Shown here piece by piece: positions 50,991 to 60,845 of a stretch of 64,000 bases of DNA. The position numbers were made by a program, and so were the translations under genes. Under the pieces are notes generated by a model, which searched no databases, was not told where the DNA came from, and saw only the letters and a list, made by a program, of their open reading frames with translations. Positions within the stretch are counted from its first letter, which is position 1, and each line of letters opens with the position of its first letter. This DNA comes from Escherichia coli. GTDB taxonomy: Bacteria; Pseudomonadota; Gammaproteobacteria; Enterobacterales; Enterobacteriaceae. The DNA is taken from NCBI RefSeq assembly GCF_030013595.1, contig NZ_CP122768.1. One strand, written 5' to 3'.

Positions 50991-51674
50991 TTAAACGTAT
51001 TTCATGCGCGATTTAATGTGCTTATTGATGTTTTCAAGCATCATTGCTTCGTTGCTTTCCCACGATCCTAGCGTCGAATAACGAGTAGAAATTTTATCCG
51101 ACTTAACGGCAACAATTCGCTTACTCTGTTTCTGTATGCGTTTCTCTAAGCGACGTTTTGCCACCGCCGATCCATTCTTAGCGCGTTTGGTTCGGGATTT
51201 CTTAGGCTTGTACTTCTTCATGATAAAAGTCCCTTCCTGGTTCTCTACCTTGATGAAGTTGCCATTTTCGATGTTACGCATCATCTTACCGCCTTTGATG
51301 GCCTTAATGTTCCCGTGGGCGTCTAAGACCTTACCGTTGGCAATTGGCACTAGCTTATTGATTTTGCCACCATCGAAATAGTGTTTCAGATAGTCATCCT
51401 GACTGCCGATCTTCTTGTCCTTATCCCTTGCGCCCTTGATGAAGATTTGGTGTCTCGTCCCTGAACGGTTCTTGTAGTTGGTATTACCTACAGCTTGTTG
51501 AGTCCAGCGAGTAGGTCTATCAACATTCTTGTTAATCTTCTTCTGGAGTGCTCTGGAAGCAAAGATCGCCCCTTCCCCTATCGCCTTTTCGAATGTATCG
51601 GTTGCTTTATCAGACCATTGGCGTAACGCTTTCTTAGTCCTTAGAGCGTTTCGTTTATTGGTACTGGTTGCCAT
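50991..51674 (-). CDS. Highly basic hypothetical phage protein
   Basis: 227 aa, Lys/Arg-rich C-terminal half; GGGGG RBS. Confidence 0.5.
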   Translation of the reverse strand: MATSTNKRNALRTKKALRQWSDKATDTFEKAIGEGAIFASRALQKKINKNVDRPTRWTQQAVGNTNYKNRSGTRHQIFIKGARDKDKKIGSQDDYLKHYFDGGKINKLVPIANGKVLDAHGNIKAIKGGKMMRNIENGNFIKVENQEGTFIMKKYKPKKSRTKRAKNGSAVAKRRLEKRIQKQSKRIVAVKSDKISTRYSTLGSWESNEAMMLENINKHIKSRMKYV

Positions 51675-51675
51675 G

Positions 51676-51846
51676 TTAGCCCCCTAATAACGAAAAGACC
51701 CCCGCCAGTGTCCTTAGCAATTGTTCATCCACGGTCATAGCCGGGAGTTCAAGCCCAAAGGACGTTAGCAGAGGTCTAATTGCTACGTTATAAGTGAGGG
51801 CGACAATCAAGAGATAACCAAAATATTTCTTAAGTTTATTCTTCAT
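51676..51846 (-). CDS. Small membrane protein (56 aa)
   Basis: ATG at 51846 with GGGGTG RBS (track start is TTG); one TM segment. Confidence 0.4.
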   Translation of the reverse strand: MKNKLKKYFGYLLIVALTYNVAIRPLLTSFGLELPAMTVDEQLLRTLAGVFSLLGG

Positions 51847-51865
51847 ATATTCACCCCTTTTATTA

Positions 51866-52144
51866 TTATTTTTGTCTGAGTAAATCGATAACTTGGTCAA
51901 ATTTAGCGTCCATCGCAACCACTTTCTTTTCTATACCGTGAAGGGTTTGTTCCATGCGATAAACTCTCTCGGCGATCTGGTCGTGGTTATTCTGCATTGT
52001 TTCAAACTTCTGATTAAACAATGCATCATTGGACTCTAATTTCGACAATCTATTTTCTGTGGCTAATTGATTTCGGTGAAGTCTCCATAATCCACCACAA
52101 ATTAAGGCGATAACACCGATACCGCCATATATAATTTCAGTCAT
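51866..52144 (-). CDS. Membrane-anchored coiled-coil protein, holin/spanin-like by architecture
   Basis: N-terminal TM (IIYGGIGVIALICGGLW) then coiled coil. Confidence 0.45.
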   Translation of the reverse strand: MTEIIYGGIGVIALICGGLWRLHRNQLATENRLSKLESNDALFNQKFETMQNNHDQIAERVYRMEQTLHGIEKKVVAMDAKFDQVIDLLRQK

Positions 52145-52249
52145 TACGCCCCCGATATTTTTATATAGTTTAATGGCAAAATTATTTAGATAAAAATAAT
52201 CCCGCCTAACTCAAAAGAATTAAGCGGGATTTATTATTAAAATTAAATT

Positions 52250-55200
52250 TTAAGAAACAGTAATACCGGTAGTTGCTTTTTTAGTTACCATTACCGTTAA
52301 ATCACTGATCCATGTGCTAGGCGTCCAGTTGTTGATTGCGCTTGATTGCACTTCAAAGGTCAAGGTCACAGCACCCTTACCCGCTGGCATATCAATAACA
52401 CCTGAGTAAAGACCAGTATTACCGCCATACGCCCTATTATACAACTCTGACCCATTCTTACGAACAATCAGGCGACAGGTGTCGTAATAGGTATTATTGT
52501 TCGACCCTTCACGCGCTCGCAATCCACCAAAACTAACAGCCGGAATAACGATTTGACGATCGAACTTGTGATCATCTTCAACGCGAACAGTGACCGTACC
52601 TTGTGGATAGCCAGCATAACCATTATCAACGTTAACATCACGATGCGGGAACTTACGTCCAATCACCTTAACGAAATCACCCTTAACCTGAGTAGCTTCA
52701 AGCATACCCTTAATAACACAGCTAGAGTTAATCGTGACGTTGTTCAGAGTACCAGAATCGGCAGTGATATTACCTTTAACGGTTGCATTCATGAACGTAG
52801 CGGACCCGTTCTTGTTGATATGCCATCCGGTAGATCCGTTCCAGTCGGAAGACTGGATATAGTTACCAATTTTAGCGTTATCAATTGCGCCATTTACAAT
52901 CTTGGCGTTGGTGATCGCGCCGTCTTGGATTTTCGCTGAATTGATCGCAGCATTGCCAATTTTAGCCGTGGTGATACTAGCATCAGTAATCTGTGCTGAT
53001 CCGATTGAGGCATTACGAATCATGGCACTGTCGAGATAAACCTTGTTACCTTCGATACCAAACGGGCATACTTCCGATCCGTTCTGTGGAGCTACCGCGA
53101 TTTTATCAGCATTAAAGATGATTCTCGTCGGTTGCGCCGGATCGTTGGTTGCGCTCATGTGAATACCAGCCACGCGACCATCTGCATTAACTGCCAGATT
53201 ATATTTGCTGTTAATGGTTCCTTTCAAAGCATCGATTTTTACATCTGCTTCCTGATTCACGCCAGCAATCTTGCCATCCATTTCTACCCGAACTTGATCA
53301 ATCTTGCTTGCGCTTGCTGCCTCACTGGTAGCAATTGCTTGTTTCAGGGTAGTAGCAGATGCGCTGACTTCGGATTTAATATCGCCTTTCAGTTCAGCTT
53401 TAACCTGATCAATCTTAGTGGAGCTAGCTTGCTCGCTGGTAGCAATCAGACTCTTTAAGGTATTGGCTGAGGCTTGGACCGTCTGCCCTGTTTCGGTAGT
53501 GATTTGCTTATGCATTGCATCAATTTTAGCATCGGCATTAGCGCCAGCTTGAGCAATAGCATCCGCGATAGTTTCATCTAAGCGGTCTTGTAAACCAATC
53601 AGGTCTTCCAGTGCTTCTTTGTCCTGATCGTCCCAGCTAATTGTAGATCTCATTTGCATGAAATAAGGTTCAGACCAAACAGCATCATCCATACCGAAAA
53701 TATCGTAGTGAGCACCACGGATATAATAATCACCGTCAGCAATATCAAAGGAAGTATGGCTAACACTATTCGTGCTTACTGCCCTTGCATCGGAGAAAGT
53801 GTTATCGGTTGCATACTGGATGATTGACCCTGCATAATCATGTTCTACGTCATCTGCCCAGCTAACAAACACACTATTAAAGCCACCACGCGCACTAAAA
53901 CCTTTCATTGGCTTATGTTGTGGGTTGATAGCCACTAAACGCGCTGGGGCGCTCTCTGAGTTGTTATAGCCCTTAGCCGATACTTCTACCGTCAGTTGAC
54001 GCGAAAGGCCGTTAAACTGGTTCATATCAAGCGTATAAGTCCATGATTCAGGATCGCGGGTACGGTACTGAATAGACTTACCAGCCTTGTTAGTCACCTT
54101 GATAATGTATGCTTCAAACAGGTCACTAAACTTGTTAGTTTCACCGTTGATCTCAACATCTAATTGTTGCTGATTTTCCCATTCGATAATCAGATCATTA
54201 CCTTCGAAAGTTCCTGGCGTGCTACCCTGATTTTTGATTCGAATAACCGGAGTCGGCAATTCATAGGTAACAGTCGGATTCTGGTTAATCAGTTCTACCC
54301 ACTCGGAACGAGCAATAATACCGAAAGCACAAACTCGGTAATCATAAGAGCGATCTTTCGCCAGTGCATTGACACTGAAAATTTGCTGTGAAGTCTGTCC
54401 CAGCTTAATCCAGTTAGGCGATCCGCTTACACGGTAATCAATCTGGAAACCATAACGGTTAAAATCTTCCGGTGCATCCCATGTCAAAGTAACGTTTTTA
54501 CCGTAAATCGTCTCACCAGTTGCCTTAATCCTGAAATTAGTAGGCTTCTGTACTGTCATTGAATCCGGTAAACCACTTGGTCTATTGTCTGGAGTTGCCG
54601 CATAGTTCAGGTCAGTATAAACCTGAGAATTATATTCTGTGGCGGTGATAGTCATCATCCCAGCAATACCAGAATCAATCGAGCGATCAATTGCAGTAAT
54701 ACGCCATAAGGAATTATTCAGCTTCAATTCATCATAGGTTACGCTGATAACGTCCCAAACTTCGGCAGTGAATGCGTCAGTAGTCATAAAGCTGATAACC
54801 TGAGTGATACGAGATTTATTTCGCTCAATGCTCGCGAGTTTATCAATCTGATCTTTAGACTTAACAAAACGATATTCAATATCTTTAGCGATAATTCGAC
54901 CATCTTGACGAATAGTAGCATCGTTTTCAGCATCAGCCGGATAACGTAGCATTTGCTCTGAATAGTCAATTGATGGTTCTTGATACATCGCGTTAATGGT
55001 ATTGAAATAACCGTTAGTGCCACCTGTTTTCAGTGATACCTTACCCATCATGATATTGTCTTCATTGAAGGTATGCTTAACAATATCAGGAGCATCCAGT
55101 TTCAGCGTAATACGTCCAAAGGATTCGAACATCACCCCGCCGAAAGTCTGCATAAGATTAGTCAAGTTCTCTTTAAAGCTGGCGTTCGGATCACATGCAC

Positions 55201-56026
55201 CGTTTGAATGTAGATCCATCTGGCGTACTTGTTTACGTACTTTCAGGAATGAATCAACGTTAATGTTTTCAATTGGTACAGATAAGCCATATTTTTCATT
55301 TGTTAGGTAGTGGAAAATCTGGTCCACGCCGTTAGTGCTAGCCTCAATAGCATTAGTTTCAAGGTTACGAATCTTTAAGCCCATAACATCGACTGCTACC
55401 TGGCTATTTGGCTGGAGAATATCAACACCAGCAGCAAGAGATTTGTCATCACGACGTAACACAATACACATGGTTGCAATACCATTGCCTTTGTAGTTGT
55501 CGTTCCAGTCTGATCCTAAATGACGTTTTGCCAGTGACAAAGCGGTGTTAGGATTCTTACCCGTGCGAAACTCAACTTCTAAAACTTTCCGGTATTCTTC
55601 TTTAATGTTGCCTTTGTCCAGTACACCATCACGGATCGTCATGTTCTTACCAACAAGAACATTTTTGTTATCGATAAACAGTGCTTTGTAATGGTCGATT
55701 TCACCCTCGGCAATTGCGAAGATTTGCACTAACTTATTGTTTTCTTGCTTAGAAATTGCTTTGTAAACGCAGATTGCACCCGTGCGGGTAGTACCAAAAA
55801 GAACGGGTAATACTGTCTTCGGATCGTTTGATGTTCCTAGTGTCACCGCATTATCTGGGCTTTGTACTTTCGGTGTTTTTGGTGCGCCTACAGTGGAAGC
55901 GATCAAGGTCATTGCACCAGCAGCCATACCGATAGCGACTGCGGTCATAACCGAAAATGTTGCGGCTGCCGCCATCCCCGCCGAAGCACCAGCAATAACC
56001 GCGCCTACCAATACTTCAAATCCCAT
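52250..56026 (-). CDS. Host-specificity / central tail fibre protein (lambda gpJ-like)
   Basis: 1258 aa; C-terminus colinear with lambda J (GTLNNVTINSSCVIKGMLEA...VIDMPAGKGAVTLTF...), fibronectin-III-like middle; unusual hydrophobic N-terminus. Confidence 0.8.
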   Translation of the reverse strand: MGFEVLVGAVIAGASAGMAAAATFSVMTAVAIGMAAGAMTLIASTVGAPKTPKVQSPDNAVTLGTSNDPKTVLPVLFGTTRTGAICVYKAISKQENNKLVQIFAIAEGEIDHYKALFIDNKNVLVGKNMTIRDGVLDKGNIKEEYRKVLEVEFRTGKNPNTALSLAKRHLGSDWNDNYKGNGIATMCIVLRRDDKSLAAGVDILQPNSQVAVDVMGLKIRNLETNAIEASTNGVDQIFHYLTNEKYGLSVPIENINVDSFLKVRKQVRQMDLHSNGACDPNASFKENLTNLMQTFGGVMFESFGRITLKLDAPDIVKHTFNEDNIMMGKVSLKTGGTNGYFNTINAMYQEPSIDYSEQMLRYPADAENDATIRQDGRIIAKDIEYRFVKSKDQIDKLASIERNKSRITQVISFMTTDAFTAEVWDVISVTYDELKLNNSLWRITAIDRSIDSGIAGMMTITATEYNSQVYTDLNYAATPDNRPSGLPDSMTVQKPTNFRIKATGETIYGKNVTLTWDAPEDFNRYGFQIDYRVSGSPNWIKLGQTSQQIFSVNALAKDRSYDYRVCAFGIIARSEWVELINQNPTVTYELPTPVIRIKNQGSTPGTFEGNDLIIEWENQQQLDVEINGETNKFSDLFEAYIIKVTNKAGKSIQYRTRDPESWTYTLDMNQFNGLSRQLTVEVSAKGYNNSESAPARLVAINPQHKPMKGFSARGGFNSVFVSWADDVEHDYAGSIIQYATDNTFSDARAVSTNSVSHTSFDIADGDYYIRGAHYDIFGMDDAVWSEPYFMQMRSTISWDDQDKEALEDLIGLQDRLDETIADAIAQAGANADAKIDAMHKQITTETGQTVQASANTLKSLIATSEQASSTKIDQVKAELKGDIKSEVSASATTLKQAIATSEAASASKIDQVRVEMDGKIAGVNQEADVKIDALKGTINSKYNLAVNADGRVAGIHMSATNDPAQPTRIIFNADKIAVAPQNGSEVCPFGIEGNKVYLDSAMIRNASIGSAQITDASITTAKIGNAAINSAKIQDGAITNAKIVNGAIDNAKIGNYIQSSDWNGSTGWHINKNGSATFMNATVKGNITADSGTLNNVTINSSCVIKGMLEATQVKGDFVKVIGRKFPHRDVNVDNGYAGYPQGTVTVRVEDDHKFDRQIVIPAVSFGGLRAREGSNNNTYYDTCRLIVRKNGSELYNRAYGGNTGLYSGVIDMPAGKGAVTLTFEVQSSAINNWTPSTWISDLTVMVTKKATTGITVS

Positions 56027-56445
56027 TATTCACCCCCGAATCTATAAACTTGTTCATAGTCAATGTCTGAAACAGGAATGGTCATCCAGATACCATCTTC
56101 TTCAACGAGGCCATAACCGGAATAATGAGGAACTACGGAATAATAATTACGGTTTCCTAATTTGTGGGCTGTGACCAGTAAGTCGCCGTCCTGTAAATCA
56201 TCAGTGACTAATTTGAAATGTTTCTTAATTGGTTGAAGGATATTTGAATACCCGCTTAATTCTTTGCAGATTTTCAAACCTTCTTCTTTAGTTGAATATT
56301 TTTTATAAAGAGAATTATATAGGTCAGTACCAGCGAGAATATCGATGATCTTACATGCAATTAGATTGCAATCATTCTCACCCTGAACGAACTCCTGACC
56401 TATTAAAGAATTGATGTAATCGGTGATAAGCCTAGTTTTTAGCAT
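56026..56445 (-). CDS. Minor tail protein (gpI/gpK-position tail assembly protein)
   Basis: ATG at 56445 with GGAGG RBS (track ORF extended upstream to 56601); precedes J-like gene with 1-nt overlap. Confidence 0.45.
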   Translation of the reverse strand: MLKTRLITDYINSLIGQEFVQGENDCNLIACKIIDILAGTDLYNSLYKKYSTKEEGLKICKELSGYSNILQPIKKHFKLVTDDLQDGDLLVTAHKLGNRNYYSVVPHYSGYGLVEEDGIWMTIPVSDIDYEQVYRFGGE

Positions 56446-56491
56446 GTTGAATACCTCCATGCTGTTATTTACTAGGCTTAGGGAGAAGGGA

Positions 56492-57145
56492 TTATTTCTT
56501 CGATGAATGCCACTTGCTTTCGCTATTCCACTTCCCGGCTCGGGAGAAGAATAGATCGTTCTCGTTTCCGGCATAGGAACGGTGGATACCATCGGAGGCA
56601 TGACTACGAGCGTTTTTATCTAGAACTTCCCAGATACTATTAAGCTGAAATTCTGATTCGTTTTTACACTCATCATCTTCATGTTCGATGTTAATCCCGA
56701 TGGAATCGACTACCCCACGGAAAACAGGGTAAGTAGTTTCAACCTTGCCCGTGTTGGGGTTAAGGAAAACCATCTCGATTTTCACATCAGATTTATCGAA
56801 TTGCTTGTTTCGAATTAGGGTAATGTATTCTTCGCGAACGTTAGAAACGGTTACGTTAATCCCGTTGTTGTTGATCTCCTTCTCTTCGGTATTCGATGAG
56901 ATTTGAAGAAAATCACCCGTTGCGAGATACGTAAATCCGTTATAGTCCAAATCGAAATACCCATCTGTAAGCCGTAGAACGTCCCCTGACGCTGTTATCA
57001 CTTCGATAATGTGAAACATCGATCCAGTGGAAAAAAGCTGCGGTAGCGTCAATCTAGACACGTTCTGACCTGTCTGGTCGTTGTAGACCTCGATGAAGTC
57101 CAGATTAGTGCATAGTTTGCTGAATGATTCTTGAATAGTTGCCAT
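56492..57145 (-). CDS. Minor tail protein (gpL-position)
   Basis: 217 aa between distal tail gene and J-like gene. Confidence 0.45.
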   Translation of the reverse strand: MATIQESFSKLCTNLDFIEVYNDQTGQNVSRLTLPQLFSTGSMFHIIEVITASGDVLRLTDGYFDLDYNGFTYLATGDFLQISSNTEEKEINNNGINVTVSNVREEYITLIRNKQFDKSDVKIEMVFLNPNTGKVETTYPVFRGVVDSIGINIEHEDDECKNESEFQLNSIWEVLDKNARSHASDGIHRSYAGNENDLFFSRAGKWNSESKWHSSKK

Positions 57146-57705
57146 TATACATTCTCCACTAATTCAAATTTCATCTTGCCAATCTGGGCGATCTTCCAAT
57201 CGATATTTTCAGTTTTGAGAACAAATTCACCTTCTACGTTTTGATACTTGATCACCTCACCCGCCAGGACGTTTTGACGCAAGTTAGGGAAGAGTTTCAT
57301 TTCACCACCTGATTTCACGTCTTCGGTGATCGTGTAGATTTTCTTGTGGTTCTCAAACTGGATGATAGTTCCTGCTTTCAGTGTTCCGGTGAAGTTGGAG
57401 AGTCTCACCTTACGCCCACCGCGAGCAGTACCAGCAGCAGCCGTTACCATCTGGCGTACATCACCTGTATATTTTGAAAAGTAAGACAGTGGCACATTGA
57501 AAGGACGACCAAAAAGGTGACGTGCTACAAATTCTTTTACTTCGTTAATATCCTGAGCCATGTAATTCGCGGTAAATTCTGCTTCGTAAAAATGGATGCC
57601 AGTAAAGCGACGCTGGAACTTACCAGAAATAGATTGCGCCTTAAAGAAAGGCTGTTTTGATTTAAGAGTAAAATCTGTGATTTTAATATTCTTGGATTTG
57701 AACAT
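57145..57705 (-). CDS. Minor/distal tail protein (gpM/Dit-position)
   Basis: Directly downstream of tape measure gene; probable start ATG 57705 (track start 57720 lies in a hairpin). Confidence 0.45.
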   Translation of the reverse strand: MFKSKNIKITDFTLKSKQPFFKAQSISGKFQRRFTGIHFYEAEFTANYMAQDINEVKEFVARHLFGRPFNVPLSYFSKYTGDVRQMVTAAAGTARGGRKVRLSNFTGTLKAGTIIQFENHKKIYTITEDVKSGGEMKLFPNLRQNVLAGEVIKYQNVEGEFVLKTENIDWKIAQIGKMKFELVENV

Positions 57706-57756
57706 AGAAAAGCCCCCCATAGTTTTATGATTATTTATGACTATGGGGGCTTTTAA

Positions 57757-60111
57757 TTACATCTTACGGCGTTGTGCGTCTTCTACCGCCTGAGCAACTA
57801 ACTTAGCGTGACGTTTGATAGCATCCATGACCATCTTGTCTGAGCTATTAACGTTGCCGTTAATGTTCAAAGGCGCATTAACTTCAATCGGTTGAGAGTT
57901 GCCACCGCCTGATTTTTGAGCAGCAAGGAAGTCTTTCAAATCACCGTTAGTACGCTGATCAACTACTCGTTCACCCTTATCAAGCAACCATGTACCCTCA
58001 CGAGGGATGTTATCAATACCATCATGAGCCATACCGCTAACGTTAGTAGACTTGATGTTGGCGATGCTCCCCATGTTCTGAGAAACAGCCAATGCAGCAG
58101 CCGCGATTTTTTGACCTGTGGTTACGTTGGTCGGATCGTTCCATGCATCGGTAGCAGCCGTCCACATGTTCACCGTCGCTTGTCCAATAGAGAATGCTTT
58201 ATGAGCAGTGAAAGCCATCTGCATAGCTTTAGTGTTTTCCTGCCCGAAGAGAGTCATTGCAGCAGCAAAACCGCCATACATATCATCAGCTATTGACTGA
58301 CGAGCATCAGCATATTTCTTCTCAATTGCAGCCATTCGTTTTTGATGGTTTTCATTGAGTTTTTCTAATTCTTCCATCCGTTTAGCCGGATCGGTGATCC
58401 CATCAATCTTGATTTTACCGGTCTTATAATCTTGTTCCGCTTCCGATTTCTCTTTATCGATTGCATTAAATTTAGCAAACGGATCATTTGGATCTTGATA
58501 GTCTAAGCTATTGGTCAACTGATTGGTTTTAAAACCATCCATTCCATGCAAAGAATCTTCAATCTGTGAATAACTTTGCTCGGTATCATTCACACGACGC
58601 ATATATTCTTCGTAGGAGATAGCTTTACCATCAAGTAACCGTTTATGGCTTTCTAACTCGTTGTCCCTGATTTGTTGCAAAACTGTTAAGGCATTCAAAG
58701 CATCAACCGGATCAGCACCCAGCATCATTTTATAGATGTTTTCTGCGTTCTGGTCTAACAGTTGCTGACGTTTAGCGGCTGCGTCTTGCTGTGAGATTAA
58801 GCCCAGATCTAAAGCAGTGTCCAAATCTTTCAAGCTGGCTTCTAACTGCTTGTTTTGAGAAGCAATAGACGCGGCTGTCTGTCCTTGCAATTTAACATCA
58901 AGAGCATTCAGTCGCTTGATTGCATCCTCGCGTGCTTTCTGTGCTTTTTCTGCGGCTTCCTTAGCCTTTTTAGCTGCCTCTTCCGCTTTCTTCTTGGCTT
59001 CTTCTTGTTCTTTTTTTGTTGGACCAGTGACGCCTCCACCTTGACCCGTTGGGGTAAATCCAGTATCCGATTTATTTCCAGTGATAGTAATTACCGGATC
59101 GCCGTTTTTATCACGGGTAACTCCTTCACTATCCACCCAACGATCAGGATAATTTGGTTTATTGTTGAAGCTGGCTTGTCCACCTGCTAGACCAGTAGAA
59201 CTATAACCATGCTTGTTAATAAAACCACCGTTAGCCATAGCCATATTCTGGCGAGCTTTTTCAAACCTTTCATTAAACGTCTTTAATGCGTTGAATAAAG
59301 CGGTCTTTTCCCAATCTTTATCAAACCAGTTGTATAACTTGTTCATCCCTTCAACAACTGGATTTAGCGCATTTGCTGCCATACCCTTTAAGTTATCGGT
59401 AAGGGTATCCATATTTTTAGAGAATTTATTATATTCTTCGGCTGTATCATTGGTGATTTTAACAGTTTGCTGATTAATGGCGTTTACAGCTTCCTGATAA
59501 GATCCGTATTTCTGCAATTCATCAGCCATATGACTTGAATCACTGGCTAACGATTCCATCATAAACTTAACATCAGCGATAGACGCACCAGCCTTGCGCA
59601 TATCATAGAAGACCTTGATTGCCGCTTTCATCCCGCCTTGTGGATCGTTCATAAACTCGGCATAATCTTTAATCTTCAAACCTACACTTTCTAGGTCGTC
59701 TTCAATACCGCCACCGTTACGCCATGCATCAGCCAGTTTATCTAAGGTGTCTTTGTTAATATCACCAAATTTCTCAACGGTTAAGCCAGTGCCAGAGAAT
59801 TGCTTCTCTAATTTCTGGAGTGTTTCGACGGTTAAACCAGTTGCTTTTGAAACTTCGCTGTATTCCTTTACATAATCACCGATGGCATTTGCAGCAGAGA
59901 CAGCACCAGCAGCCAGACCAACAAAACCACCAGCAGCCAAAGCAAGCGATCCACCAGTTCCGCGAAGGGTTCCACTTAAACTAGATAAACCACCAGACAA
60001 ATCAAGATTCATTGCCCTTTCTGAAAGGTTATCAAGCATGTCAATCGCTTGGTTGGTACTTCTCCTTAGACCGTCGTTATTCCCTTCTATTGTTACTATA
60101 TGTCTTGTCAT
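57757..60111 (-). CDS. Tail tape measure protein
   Basis: 784 aa, long coiled-coil/Ala-Lys-Glu-rich regions (EEAKKKAEEAAKKAKEAAEKAQKA), Gly-rich segment. Confidence 0.8.
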   Translation of the reverse strand: MTRHIVTIEGNNDGLRRSTNQAIDMLDNLSERAMNLDLSGGLSSLSGTLRGTGGSLALAAGGFVGLAAGAVSAANAIGDYVKEYSEVSKATGLTVETLQKLEKQFSGTGLTVEKFGDINKDTLDKLADAWRNGGGIEDDLESVGLKIKDYAEFMNDPQGGMKAAIKVFYDMRKAGASIADVKFMMESLASDSSHMADELQKYGSYQEAVNAINQQTVKITNDTAEEYNKFSKNMDTLTDNLKGMAANALNPVVEGMNKLYNWFDKDWEKTALFNALKTFNERFEKARQNMAMANGGFINKHGYSSTGLAGGQASFNNKPNYPDRWVDSEGVTRDKNGDPVITITGNKSDTGFTPTGQGGGVTGPTKKEQEEAKKKAEEAAKKAKEAAEKAQKAREDAIKRLNALDVKLQGQTAASIASQNKQLEASLKDLDTALDLGLISQQDAAAKRQQLLDQNAENIYKMMLGADPVDALNALTVLQQIRDNELESHKRLLDGKAISYEEYMRRVNDTEQSYSQIEDSLHGMDGFKTNQLTNSLDYQDPNDPFAKFNAIDKEKSEAEQDYKTGKIKIDGITDPAKRMEELEKLNENHQKRMAAIEKKYADARQSIADDMYGGFAAAMTLFGQENTKAMQMAFTAHKAFSIGQATVNMWTAATDAWNDPTNVTTGQKIAAAALAVSQNMGSIANIKSTNVSGMAHDGIDNIPREGTWLLDKGERVVDQRTNGDLKDFLAAQKSGGGNSQPIEVNAPLNINGNVNSSDKMVMDAIKRHAKLVAQAVEDAQRRKM

Positions 60112-60114
60112 AAA

Positions 60115-60465
60115 TTACCCCGTTTGTGCGCTTCTGAGTTTCTCAAGCAAAGATGGATCGAACATGTTCAGCATTGCCGCTTTACGTTCTTCTTCTTTCT
60201 TGCGTGCAATTTCTTCCAGTTCTTCTTTAGTTTTAAAGAGTTTTTCTTCTCTAATTAATTGGAATTGGCTAGGCTTGAGTTTGCGTGCAGTTTCGCGAGT
60301 CATTCCTTGTGACGTCATATACATGGAATATTGCAACATCGCATTCTGCATATCATGAAACGCGGGGCTTTGTGGTTCTAAGTAGGTGTCGAAAATGTAT
60401 AATTTCCAAAACAGAGTGATTGGCATATTATCCATTTCATCTTTACTAAGCCCCGATCGCATCAT
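60115..60465 (-). CDS. Tail assembly chaperone, T-like frame
   Basis: 116 aa immediately upstream of TMP; its frame is open across the stop of the preceding gene. Confidence 0.45.
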   Translation of the reverse strand: MMRSGLSKDEMDNMPITLFWKLYIFDTYLEPQSPAFHDMQNAMLQYSMYMTSQGMTRETARKLKPSQFQLIREEKLFKTKEELEEIARKKEEERKAAMLNMFDPSLLEKLRSAQTG

Positions 60466-60494
60466 TTGCCGGAAATAGAAATTCAGAAGCGGGT

Positions 60495-60803
60495 TTACTT
60501 TACCTCGTTTTCAATTACTGCCGGATCTTGCATCAATGACGCTTGAGCAACCAAACCGATTAATTCACTACGGACGTTAGTATACAGTGCCTTAACTTGT
60601 TCCATAGATTCAAATACTGGTTTACCGTCTTCATCTTCAATACAACGAAGAATAGAACGTTCATCACGGTCTTCTTTATCAGTATTGAAAACATGTTCGT
60701 TAAATTCTTTTACTGACATAGGGCGAGCATAGAACGTGAATCCGCCGATGGTCAGAGATTCACGTTTCGGAGAAAGAGCTTTCAGCATTTCATTAATATT
60801 CAT
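60495..60803 (-). CDS. Tail assembly chaperone, G-like
   Basis: 102 aa acidic protein between tail tube-side genes and TMP. Confidence 0.45.
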   Translation of the reverse strand: MNINEMLKALSPKRESLTIGGFTFYARPMSVKEFNEHVFNTDKEDRDERSILRCIEDEDGKPVFESMEQVKALYTNVRSELIGLVAQASLMQDPAVIENEVK

Positions 60804-60845
60804 TCTTGTTTCCTCTTAAGTTAATTCGATATGTTTATTTAGAAT

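Noticed and set aside
55782-56174. 130-aa plus-strand ORF at the J-like gene start
   Set aside because: Antisense to the J-like N-terminus; its Ala-rich translation mirrors the hydrophobic Ala/Gly codons on the other strand.
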